Source: Ancylonema sp.
Taxonomy: Eukaryota
Assembly (NCBI GenBank): GCA_050230475.1
Contig: JBFLGF010000012.1
Location: 62,001-126,000 of the forward strand
Direction: 5' to 3'
DNA length: 64,000 nt
Below, piece by piece: positions 11,847 through 23,541 of the stretch. Position 1 is the stretch's first letter. Each line of letters opens with the position of its first letter. The position numbers were made by a program, and so were the translations under genes. Below the pieces are notes generated by a model, which was not told the DNA's origin, made no database searches, and was given only the letters and a program-made list of their open reading frames with translations.

Positions 11847-14000
11847 ATGACAACGATTGTAGTTGAGTTATACACAGGAGATGGAGGTAATGCGCAGCGC
11901 ATTTTCATGAAGGATGCACAGGTTGGCTGGAGAGCAATCCTGAATGATCCGCAACATCACCTTGGAGGGGAAGTAGCCCAATATGATTACATGGATACCC
12001 TCTACCATTTACTTGGGGGACAGGCACGTCGCCTATTGGACCTCTTCACGGACAAGTGGAGTTGGACTAAAGACGACAACCCCTAAATTCTGGAAGCCAT
12101 AGCCAGAGAGGAGGACCGAGCGGTTTGGAGAACGTACTACATGGAGAAAGCAGTCTTCAATCTGAACAGGGTGTACATGGTAAATAAGTCGGGTATGCCT
12201 ACTCGACCAGATTTGCTGCCCGATTCTATCCAGGAGGCAGCTGATTTGGAGGAATTCCTGGCCATCATCAGAGCTGCGTTCTAGATGACCTCGGCCGCTT
12301 TCTTTGAGGACTTGCACGCTTTTCGGGCGCAGCCGAGGGAGTCGTTGGTCAAGCTGGCCGACCGATTCGATGAGGTGGCGGAGCCACTCCTTACCGCTGG
12401 TCTGATGACGACACGTGGGCTGGCGCTTAACCTGCGAGAACACATCCCCCCTCTCACATCAAAAAGGCAACAAGAGGAGCCATGATGAGGGAGGACATGC
12501 GCCGCTTCAAGAAGGGAGATCCCCGGTGGACAAAGACGAGTTGCTAAAGATGGGCTCAAGATAGGCCTTCTTGCTGGGAGTTCGAGACGGAGCTACGAGC
12601 TGCAGGGCCTGACTCCCGACCCTCGTGACACTGAGATTGGGCAGCCAACGACGATTCCTCCCAAAGCTCCACCTCGTCCGATGGAGGACAGATTGGGCGG
12701 AAGGAACATCAAAGATCGTCTGGGCAGCAGACCGGATCATACCCCTGACATGAGGGAGTGCAACCAGTGCAAGAAGGCGGGGCACATTGCCAGGAACTGC
12801 CCTGAGCCACCTCGTGGTGGGCTCCCAGGCCCACCACCAGCTCGCACTTCTACGATTCCGCTTAGACAGTCTGGCCGGCACATAAGACAAATGGTGCGGT
12901 CTGTTGTGCGTGCAAGAAGCCAGGACATGTAGTGGCACAATGCTGGGCTACACACCCAGAACTCCTTCCCACCGATTTGCTGAAGCGGAGGCAAGCAACG
13001 ATGAACGTCAACAATCGGAAGCGAATCAAGGCATCTGAGTACACCAGTCCGAACTACCAATTCCAGGGCATGGCATTGACATACAATCGTGCGGCCACAG
13101 CAATGATGCAGCGGAGATCCACGCGACCCTCTGTGCCTACGCAACAAGCAAGGGAGTCTGTAGAGCAGAAAACCGCACGACGAGTGCATTTCTCCCCATC
13201 TGCAGCATCAGAAGTGCCAACAGTGGTCAACGTTACCGATCGGCGACAAGCTGACCCGCTAACCACCCCTCCTGAACCAGTAGTTTCATCTGAGGCGCCT
13301 AGAGTGCCGGACCAATACGCATATAAAGAAAGGTTACCTCAGTCTTTCCCCCCCCATGGCCTTCCGCTGTCCAGCTTGGAACCAGGCACTACGGATAGAC
13401 AATACCCTCCAACGCCGCTGTTTCCGGAACCACCAATGGGAGACCAAGAGGAGCTGCTGATGGAGACGCCGTTGCAGACGATGGCGCATCTGCGCGATGC
13501 AACACGGAACTTGCAACATCTGGTAGGGGACCTTGCTGCCAGCCTGTGGAGGAAAGCCACAGACCAAGAACGACATTTCCCTCAACAACACTTCCCCGTG
13601 GAGCGCGAGATTCTAGTACCCGCTGTAGCAGAAGCAGATCGACCTCGAGCGCACTCTACTCCCGTCTACATCTCCAACCAGGACGGCATCCTAGACGTGG
13701 AGGGCTATGTGCCGAAGGAGAGTATCCTGGACACGGGCGCCTCGAAGGTGATGCTTAGTAAGAAATTCGCTGCTGCGATGCAGATCCACTCTCAGGCACT
13801 CAAGAGGGGGGTGGAGTTCGTTACCGCCGCGGAGCAATCGAGATGCCGCTGGGCGTCACCAAAAATAAGTTGAAGTTCACGCTGGGACGAGGAACAGACA
13901 AGTTGTGCGTGGTGGAACTCCATGCCACTGCGATACTACCGCCTACGACGTGATTCTCGGGATGGAGTTCGTCACAGCAGTAAGGGGGGCGTACGACGCG
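11847..14000 (+). pseudogene. gag (two CCHC zinc knuckles) and aspartic protease of the gypsy element, frameshifted
   Basis: CNQCKKAGHIARNC (12759-12800) and CCACKKPGHVVAQCWATHPE (from 12902); ILDTGAS with DTG at 13730-13738; DVILGMEF near 13950. Confidence 0.88.
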
Positions 14001-14478
14001 CCTACACCGAGACGTTCACCTACCGCTGGAGTGATGGTGAGAGCGGACTTCAGCCTCATGCCATCTCGGCGCCCTGTCATACATCAACGCCGCCAGTAGT
14101 GGCCTACGCCTGCTTCGAGGGTCTTCTCAGCAGCGCAGCGGATCTGCAAGACGTGGTAGGAGAGGGAGACAACACCATCCCGGAGGACGACTCCTGGGGA
14201 TTTCACTCCTCTCCAACACAGCTGGCAGCGCAGCACAACTCAGTTTGCTGTCTCAGGCATGTGAGGCAGCGGATGCGGTAAGGGTGACTAAGGAGGTGAG
14301 GGGACTGGACCTGACACGAAGGGAAAATGCCGTGGTTAGGTTAGCAGCTGTCACCCCTCTTTCCCTTTCACCTTTGCTACCCACTTCCAAATGGTTAGGA
14401 GCAGAAGTAGAAGGAGCGTTCCCCATCAACACCGCGACCTGAAAATTTAGCGAACAGTCTAAGCGAGATGGCTTACAC

Positions 14479-15465
14479 GTGTTGGAACTGTTTGGTGGTG
14501 TCGGTCTTGGAGTACTAAGAAGCGCGCTGGCAGCAGGGTATACCATACGCTGTTACACATATGTGGATCGGGACGCTATCAGCCGCCGCATCGCTACTTC
14601 TGTTCTACGCGCCCTACAACAACAATACCCGACGCAGCTGAGAGACTCAACAATTGCATCGTTCGACAAGAGGCTGCCACAAAACATCAGCCAATGTTCC
14701 GCGACGTTTCTGACGCAGCTGATAACGCCCAACGGTCCAGTGGACCTTCTGGGGGGGAGCTGGGAGTGCCAAAGTGTGAGCCGCGCTGGACGACAGCGTG
14801 GTGCCATGGATGTACTTCTACGATCTGGTGCGCATCATCAATTTCTTCAAGAGATCAGAAATGGCTCAGGCTACGCCACTGGTCTACGTCCTGGAGAACA
14901 CCTACCCAGGGGAGAAACTCACCGCAGCTCTCAAGAAAGCTGGCGAGTTGGTCCAAGCATTCGTTGGTGCACCGGTGGTGGTGGATGCAGCAGATCTGGG
15001 CGCGGCCGCACATCGTGTCAGACTCTTCTGGTCCAACATACTGCAGCCTGCAATTTTACAAGCCACGGTGCCTACACTCATCTCCCCTTCCCCGCCCTTG
15101 AACACAATTCTAAAGGGGTACCACATTCCTACCATGCCAGGACACTCAGACCATTACCCTTTGCTTCACACAATATTGAGGGGGGTGTCAGGTTATGCAT
15201 GCCAACGGTGGTGTCATACCTTCGCTCCAGCGCCTACAGGCCAAAGGACAACGGCACACCTGGCGAGGGTGAGGTGTTCAACACGCATACAAACGTGTGG
15301 GAGGAACCGGATGCAGATGAGAAGGAGCTGCTCCTAGGCTACACGCTGGGAGACACAGCGGCTGCAAGGGTGTCCGACGAGGACCGCGCAGTGCGCTTGG
15401 GACGAGCCTTGGATGGCACTACTATGCGCTGGCTGGGGGCAATACTACATGCCAGTCAGGCATAG
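14479..15465 (+). pseudogene. DNMT3-like C5 cytosine methyltransferase domain inside the retrotransposon (two frameshifts)
   Basis: Motif I VLELFGGVG; motif IV VDLLGGSWECQ; motif VI YVLENT; motif VIII AAAHRVRLFWSN; motifs IX-X EKELLLGY..GDT...DRAVRLGRAL. Split over ORFs 14479..15465 and 14798..15337. Confidence 0.87.
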
Positions 15466-15811
15466 GAATCTCACCCCACCCAGCATTTGCCTACTCAGCC
15501 ATCTGGGGGGGGGGGGATGCATCCAGCGTACGCAGCCATAAACTACGTGGCAGAGCTTAGGGAAATGGTTGCTGCGGAGCCGTCCATGTTCCAAACTCCA
15601 GGAGGACTTTAGCGCAAGGCTGCCCAAGTGGTGGTAGCCGCACTACTGGCTTCAGAAGAGAGAAAGTTGGGTCTCTCCTCAAAACCCTCTAGGGTTTTGG
15701 AGAGCCTGAGGCGGAGGGGGGGAGAGTACGAGGTCCCCCCCTCAGAGAGACAAGCAGCCGACGAGGTTCAACATCGGTAGCAGCCTGCAGGAGAGAGACC
15801 AGGCACGGGTC

Positions 15812-16610
15812 TTGGCCATGTTGGACGACAACGTGGACAGATTTGCGTTCTCCCTTGAAGACATCAAGCCTGATGACTTCAAGGGGGAGCCAATGCAGAT
15901 CAATCTGAACTCCGATCAAGCAATTTTCAGGCCCCCGCACAAATTGGGGCAGGTGGAGTGGGATTTTGTGGAGGCGCAGTGTCGCAAACACGCTGGGCTT
16001 CATACAGCGGTCAAACCAATCGGCGTACGCGTCAGCCATGGTGGTGGTGCGTAAAAAGGACGCAGAGGGAAACTACACCGATTTCCGGCAATGCGGGGAC
16101 TACCGCCCGCTCAACATAGAGACAACATTGGATCGCTACCCCCTGCCGGGGATCGAGGACATCTTTAACCAGATGGGGGGGGCTGCAATTTTCTCCAAGC
16201 TGGATGTGCGCAACCGGGTAGAGGATCGGGGCAAGACGGCATTCTGGGGAGCCAATCGCATTCTATGGGAGTGGTTGGTGGTCCCCTTCGGACTTAAGAA
16301 TGCCCCTCCCTACATCCAGAGGCGCATGGACCAGGTGCTCAGGGACCTCCCCTTCTGCCGTTGCTACATAGACGACATCGTCATTGTGAAGTATTCAGCA
16401 ACATCTGGTCGCGCAACGTGGCGGAGCATGTCCAACATCTGGGCATGGTGTTCCAGCGGCTGCGGGAGGCGGGGCTAAAGGTTCATCCGGGGAAATGTGT
16501 CTTCGGAGCAGAAAACATCGACTTCCTGGGGCATCGCATCTCAGCCAACAAGCTGGAGCCCCAGCAAGACAAGATAGCAGCGGTGCGAGACCTTCCAGCG
16601 CCAACAAATC
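15812..16610 (+). pseudogene. Ty3/gypsy reverse transcriptase, frameshifted
   Basis: VVVRKKD, RQCGDYRPLN, YPLPGIEDIF, FSKLD, KTAF, PFGLKNAP, YIDD (16365-16376), LKVHPGKC, FLGHRI. Confidence 0.95.
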
Positions 16611-17651
16611 TAGATCGTGGACATGCCACAAACACTAAGGTACAACTTTCCCATTTTGTTACTGTGATTCGGGATATTCTCAATCATGAGTCCGATGAAC
16701 ATGATAAACTTGGAGAAATCCTTCTCGGGTCGGCCACTTTGTGGTGAGAGTCATAACGGCTGTGTTGGTGTCATGAGTCTATATCGTAACTCATTGCCAA
16801 AGGAGCTCCTGACAAGGGAATGGATCCACATACGTAAAACATGATTATAAGGTGTTTTAACTTTTCGGATCACCAAAAGTTCAACACGGGAAAGGCAACT
16901 CCAAGATGGATTGCATGGCCCACAACATCACTCCTAGTTGGATGATGCAATAGTTAATTCACACCAAAGTGCACATTTGGTTTGGGATTAATTGATTGGC
17001 CAAATTTGTCAAGAGAAGCTACAACTTAATTTACCAATTTGAGGTGCAATATTGATGATTTGACACATGTGGTTACAGGCCCATCATCAAGGATTGTAGG
17101 AGCCCTTTCCGAAGATGGTTCCAACCATCACTATGCACAGTGTGCAAAGCTGAGTGGCGCAGGAGCTTGACTCATCTGTGGGGGGAGAGAAAATAATGGT
17201 TGTCATGTTGTCGATGCATACGAGATGCTTGCAAGTGATGTATATTATTGCGCACGTGTGCTGCCGCATATATGCCACGACGCGTCTTGATGTGATTACA
17301 TTCTTGACAAGGGATTCACATGGAATTCGCACGTGTGGACACATACAACAACACTTGTGCTCGTTATAATCTTTAATCGCACGTGTGAACATGGCACGAT
17401 GGAATATAACACGACAAGGACACGGAGCGTGCCTTAGATATGTACTTGACACATAATGGTCACAAGTTCGCGTTCCTAGAGGTGCACAAGGTGCTTCGCA
17501 TCAACCATATATCAATTAAGTCAAAAAGTCTAAGAGATCAGAATTTGATACACTGTGGCCTGTATACTTTTCTCCATATAAAATTTATTGTGGTCCTGCC
17601 CATTTGCTCCGCTAGATGCATCAAATATTTAATCTACACCAGCCATACATG

Positions 17652-18416
17652 TGTCGGTCCGTGTATGATCGTGCCTATATGGCAATTGTGCCGCCGGTTG
17701 CAACCAAGAACTAGTGCACGCGGTAGTGGTGCTAGGAGTTTTGCGATATAGTTGTTTGCTATTATTGTAGACGATGACATGCTAGTAAGGTACACTTGAT
17801 GTACAGTACGTAGCATAGTCATGTTGGCGGGAAGTGTCACACGTAGTTGCAATCATCATGCGTGCGTGAATGGTAGTTTTAGCACCAGACAACAAGCTAG
17901 TGTGACGTTCGGTCCCTGCAACGGCTCAAGACCTTACATCACACGTTGTTACTCTATAGCCCTTATCGTGTTAGAGTGTGCCCCATTGGTGTATAACATT
18001 ATCCTCGCATAAAGTGTGCATTTTTATCGCGTTATGTGCATCTTGGTTGGTATTTGCTTAGATCTCTAATTACGCGTCGTTTGAATTAATGATCGTGCAA
18101 TTCGGCGATAGATCGAGCTTACGATAAAACTTAGAGTATTCACATCATCATAGTTTCGTACACTTAAGTACAGTAACCCAAGCAAACACCTTGCCTTGGA
18201 TAAATCTTAAGTTATACTCATTTTGCTCATGGCAGAGTACATATGTATGAGTTGTGCCTGTGCACTCGATGGTGTATGGTGTAGATGAGTGAGAGAGATG
18301 CATTCTGATTGCACACATGGCATGGATATGCATGGTAGTGCGGTGGTACGAGTGAATATGTCGTTGGTGGGATAGCATTACACGTGTGTGAGTAGACGAT
18401 GCTAGATAGCACGACA
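17652..18416 (+). mobile_element. Shorter, diverged solo-LTR-like unit with 4-bp TSD CATG
   Basis: TGTCGG start, GCACGACA end, CATG at 17648-17651 and 18417-18420; contains CCTTGCC and a CACGTGTG..CGATG.TAGAT end block like the other copies. Confidence 0.75.
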
Positions 18417-19940
18417 CATGCCATGTGTCACTTGTGTCAGACATCGATGCTCTGACACACAGTGTCGTGCGCCCAACGCAACCTGCCACACATCTAAAGT
18501 CAAATATTCACGGACATTACCATACGTTGAGTTTCCCCTTTAAATACATATCTTAAAAGTACTCCCGCTAAATCAATGAAGCGAAACGAAACTCCCGTAT
18601 AACGAAACCCACTAATTGCTAAGACGAAAAACTTCCTTTATTAAAGTAAGTATGGTATTGTTCCATCATGGCCCCTCTAAAATTGGCTGAGCTATCTAAG
18701 GTATTCCCCTTTCGCGAAATCTATCCAAGCCATAAATAAAACGATCTCCATCAAACATTTCTTCCGAAGAGTGTGCTTGAACGTAGTTCCTTTTCAAATT
18801 TGATGTAGCAAGAGTAATCGGCCACGTGCATGATAGCATGTCTGAGCCGTGAAGTGTGAAGTGATTGCAATGAAATATGGAGCAACACGCTTGCATGCAC
18901 AAGATCTTCCAATATAAAATGACACTTGACAACATAGAGAATCGAAGCATCAATGAGGAGCTAAGGGTTTTGGTGTCGAACTCAACGATACACCTATTTG
19001 AAGGATCTGCGAATTGGCGACGGGAACATGAAAATATGCTTAGTGTTTGCAAAATATGTGAATTTGGGTTTGCTCTTACACAATAGATCAAACCAAGATA
19101 ATGTTTACAACGACTTATATCCAAGAAGGTTTGAGTGTCCCTTGCCAACTCTTGCCTCCTCTCGCCATAACAAGAAGAGCTCCAATGTTGAGAAATACTC
19201 CAAATGCTTGTATCTTGTAGATGGGATTTGAGTACATGCATCGAATGTGAGGCGTACCTACCTCACCTAGTTAAAAGTACATGAGTGGATACACATACGG
19301 ATGCTTGCTCATGACACACACTTGCTCATGACAGACAACAGTGGCTCAATGTAGCTTTTTGTTAGGGCCAATCTTTTTTCAATGCCGAGTCTCTTTCCAA
19401 GCGACGAATTTATATTTCATCCGGCCCACACCAATTCATCGCACTTGGAGTGCACTCGAACTCCACTACGTTTATTTGTATAACACGTGTCTAATCTCAC
19501 CCGAAGTTCCCATGAAATGTGAGGATTTATTTTTTTTCCCAGTGGAAGGTCCGGTTTTTTTTGTTTTGTTTTAATCACGAGTACAGTTTGGTATTTTTAA
19601 ATCTCTTCATCTATCTTCACGTCTGACCCTACGAAACTCAATCCGAATTACGTCTGGACCAGTCTATCTTTACACGTGTGTAGTCCAACGGGTTGAACAA
19701 AATTCACCAAGTGCAAGGCAAGAGGTCCGTCCACCCATCCCTAGAGACTAGTCGCCTAGTCGACTGGTGACATGCAATATGTATGAGTAGCTAAAACTTC
19801 TCCTAACATCCTTCCACACTTACTTGTGCACCATTCACTAAAGATTGTTATCCCGCCTCATGCAAGCCACACATCATCCGACACAATATTGCAAGTACTC
19901 TGATGCCCCACTACCACACACTCTGTGTACTCATTCTCAG

Positions 19941-20651
19941 CTACGTGCGCTGCTCTTCTATAGTTGGAAGACGAGGCTGCCGTTTGTCACCTTCCTCGAA
20001 ATCATCTAAGCCTGCTTGGAGAGTTGGAACCGAGGTGTAGACAGATGTCTGATCGCCCCAGGAGGACCCCCTTTCCCTTATGGTGTGCTCTAAGACACAC
20101 TGAGGGACACACTTGTGGAACATGCTTCCAGACAAGCAGTCTGGCTGAGGAGGGGAGGGTGGGCACACTAGAGGTAGAGAGGACCCGGGCACAGGCCTCT
20201 GAACAGGTATAAAAACTGGTGTTGGCGCAGGGAGAACTCGAGAAGAGTTTCTGTCTAAAGATGTGGCTCGGGACAAGGTTGGGGGTTCTACAAAACAAAC
20301 AGGACGAGAGCGGAAGAGATCGCCTGTACAGGAAATAGGATGTCGTGGACTCCAGTCACTATCCACGTCGCTCTCCCGTTGGTAGGTGGTTGAGGCAGAT
20401 GGATGAGGCCATGAGAAAGGGGTTGCTTTGGGAGTTTGGTCCGGGTCCTGTCCTGGTGCAATGCAATCTGCATCTTCTGGCGGGTTCGAACTGCGAAATC
20501 GGGAGCTGGAGATGCAGGTAAGTCGAGAAGTCGAGAAACTGCCCGATATCCTTCCGCAGGACGCAGCAGTTTCTGACGAGTCAGGACGGACCGTAGAGCG
20601 CACCTGCAGGTCCTCCACCGCAGAATGGCACTGGAAATCGAGGACGCCCAT
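19941..20651 (-). CDS. Hypothetical Ser/Pro-rich protein ending RQPRLPTIEE (possibly the last exon of a longer gene)
   Basis: 236-codon ORF, low complexity, no recognisable domain. Confidence 0.45.
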   Translation of the reverse strand: MGVLDFQCHSAVEDLQVRSTVRPDSSETAASCGRISGSFSTSRLTCISSSRFRSSNPPEDADCIAPGQDPDQTPKATPFSWPHPSASTTYQRESDVDSDWSPRHPISCTGDLFRSRPVCFVEPPTLSRATSLDRNSSRVLPAPTPVFIPVQRPVPGSSLPLVCPPSPPQPDCLSGSMFHKCVPQCVLEHTIRERGSSWGDQTSVYTSVPTLQAGLDDFEEGDKRQPRLPTIEEQRT

Positions 20652-21757
20652 CGGTAATGTTAAGGCAGCGCCCGGTCAATCATAGAGCGCGGTCTCGCAT
20701 ATTGACCCTGTAGCCAACAAAACGAAGTAAGTGTGGAGTCCGACCGTGCCAAACTAATGTGAGGTGTATGATGGGAATTTCAATGCCTCGCAGTGCAGAT
20801 CGTTACCGTCAAGCCAAGGTTTTCCTGCTCCAGTAAAGTTTTCTTTTTCCCAGTGCAAGCCCGTTTCTATGCAATCTTTCTTCGCCGTGTTCGGAACCGT
20901 GACGACATTACACCTGGTCAGTATTCGACCGAATTGTCCGTTACCATTTTAGGCGTGGCAATGCTTTCCCAACTCCCTTTTTAAACCCGGAATACCGTCT
21001 TTCTGCGTACCCTGCTTCGAAGCTAAAATTTACTCGTCATGCCCAGTCTATGTGCCAGTCTATGTGCCATCTCCTGTCCTCGGCTGGGGATGGACCATTG
21101 GCACGGAAGACGACCAACATGAAGGAGGGATGAGCTGGAAAACGAATAAAGACACGTATCCGAGTGGCAAACGACGAAATGACGGTCGGGAGTATTTTGT
21201 TGGAGATGGACACACACAAAAGCGGGGGATGGGCGACGATGGACGAGCCTATCCATCCCAACTTTGGACATCCCAACTCGCAACCTGAACTCAATTGTGC
21301 CACCTTGCAGACCAGTTCAGGAAAGTCCGTAAGATGCCGCTTGCTAACGGAATACACTGGTTGCCAGTTTGGGGAATATTTTCTTACCGGAAGAATCGGG
21401 CTGGGAAGGATGGCTGGTCGCCCGCACGGTAGGCGATTAGGCTGTGTCGGACCGATTTCCACCTTCACCTCATCCCGTATGCACGGTTCTGAGCGAAGTT
21501 TTACTGGCAACTGCCATGCCCTCCCTTCAGGACGTCAATCCATACCTTTTTCAAAAAGATGAGAATGATGACGAGCCTATGGTGACGTAAAACCGACAAG
21601 TTGGCGCTCGGTGCGAAAATGTCCGTAATCACCTTGAAAACGACTTGACATGGAACATTCCATAACTTGCCTCCACCTAGTTTCTTAAATCTGGAGGCCA
21701 TTTTCGTTTTCTGGTCGTTCCGCTGCATCCGCGTTGTGAGACCTTTTCGAAAGTATN

Positions 21758-21947
21758 ATGATTGAATCATTCATGTCGGCCATGGCGTGTTATTAAATAC
21801 GCATGCGCAAAGCACAGTTTCCAGTTTATCGACATTACAGAATGTCGATCTTACAGCAATTCGCACGTGTGTAATCAATATACCGGTGATGTTCGTTATA
21901 TTTGATCATTCACACGAGATTCTAACATTATGTTATTTGGTACGACA
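21758..21947 (+). mobile_element. 3' end fragment of the same LTR-like family
   Basis: AATTCGCACGTG...TTCGTTATA...TGGTACGACA block right after the N gap. Confidence 0.75.
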
Positions 21948-22776
21948 CATCTTTCATTGGTTCACCGCCGAGTCCGTGTTGCTGTGCCGATGTTATTGCA
22001 ATGTGAGTAACGAGGAGGGTGGGCGTGGCATTAACCAAAATCTTCCCTTCCTAAGGGAAAAAGTTAATGGGCGATATGAGAGCCTAAATCCACCCCCCGT
22101 TACCGATAAGTCACGTCGTATAGGACCGCTCATGGATAAAGGGTCTATGATCAATAAATGGGGGCGGATGGGTGGGTTTTTATCGCGCTTTTTAAAGTGC
22201 ATGGCGTTCGCTCTAGCTAACCACAAGTAGGGGGACGTGGAGCGTGCCTTACATATGTACTTGACTCTAAAAGGTCGCAAATTCGCGTTCCTAGAGGAGT
22301 ACAACGTGCTTTGCGTCAACCATAAGTGGATGTTAGACACTGCTGCCAATGAGGAGCAGGCTTCTCGACGGGCTGGAATTTCCTAATAGACTCCTGTTTG
22401 GGCCACAGTAGAGAGGGTCGCTGAGGCGTCACCTTTGCGTGCACTTGTCCGCACAACCTAAAAGACATAACATTTATGGCTGCACCCGAGACTGGATACT
22501 CCAATGCCAAAAACGGACTCGCCACCCAAGACTAGACTCTACACCGCAAACCATTGCACATTGCATAAGGCATCTCTAGGGATGGGTCGATGGAGACCAG
22601 TCGGCACTAGGCCTGTGGTAAGCATGAGTCCAAGGCAAGAGGTTGAATGTCAAGGACAAGGGTATGTCATCGGATTATTTCCTACATGATAAATGGCTGG
22701 TATCCATATTTTGTTCTAGTTATGTAGAGTTTGCCATGAGATGCATCAAATATTTAATCTACACCAGCCATACATG

Positions 22777-23541
22777 TGTCGGTCCGTGTATGATCGTGCC
22801 TATATGGCAATTGTGCCGCCGGTTGCAACCAAGAACTAGTGCACGCGGTAGTGGTGCTAGGAGTTTTGCGATATAGTTGTTTGCTATTATTGTAGACGAT
22901 GACATGCTAGTAAGGTACACTTGATGTACAGTACGTAGCATAGTCATGTTGGCGGGAAGTGTCACACGTAGTTGCAATCATCATGCGTGCGTGAATGGTA
23001 GTTTTAGCACCAGACAACAAGCTAGTGTGACGTTCGGTCCCTGCAACGGCTCAAGACCTTACATCACACGTTGTTACTCTATAGCCCTTATCGTGTTAGA
23101 GTGTGCCCCATTGGTGTATAACATTATCCTCGCATAAAGTGTGCATTTTTATCGCGTTATGTGCATCTTGGTTGGTATTTGCTTAGATCTCTAATTACGC
23201 GTCGTTTGAATTAATGATCGTGCAATTCGGCGATAGATCGAGCTTACGATAAAACTTAGAGTATTCACATCATCATAGTTTCGTACACTTAAGTACAGTA
23301 ACCCAAGCAAACACCTTGCCTTGGATAAATCTTAAGTTATACTCATTTTGCTCATGGCAGAGTACATATGTATGAGTTGTGCCTGTGCACTCGATGGTGT
23401 ATGGTGTAGATGAGTGAGAGAGATGCATTCTGATTGCACACATGGCATGGATATGCATGGTAGTGCGGTGGTACGAGTGAATATGTCGTTGGTGGGATAG
23501 CATTACACGTGTGTGAGTAGACGATGCTAGATAGCACGACA
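22777..23541 (+). mobile_element. Duplicate of solo-LTR-like unit 17652-18416
   Basis: Inside the 5125-bp-offset duplication. Confidence 0.75.

Larger units (their letters stand above)
10896..17416 (+). mobile_element. Decayed Ty3/gypsy retrotransposon: gag - protease - C5 DNA methyltransferase - RT; RNase H/integrase not found
   Basis: TGTCGT...ACGACA inverted termini, AGGA at 10892-10895 and 17417-17420, purine tract at 17180-17193, internal domains listed separately. Confidence 0.9.
17614..21756. repeat. 4.1-kb duplication, copy 1 (copy 2 at 22739-26881)
   Basis: Identical ORF track at offset 5125; copy 1 ends at the N at 21757. Confidence 0.95.

Noticed and set aside
18696..19241. 181-aa minus-strand ORF (duplicate 23821-24366)
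   Set aside because: No recognisable motif; lies in TE-rich intergenic DNA.
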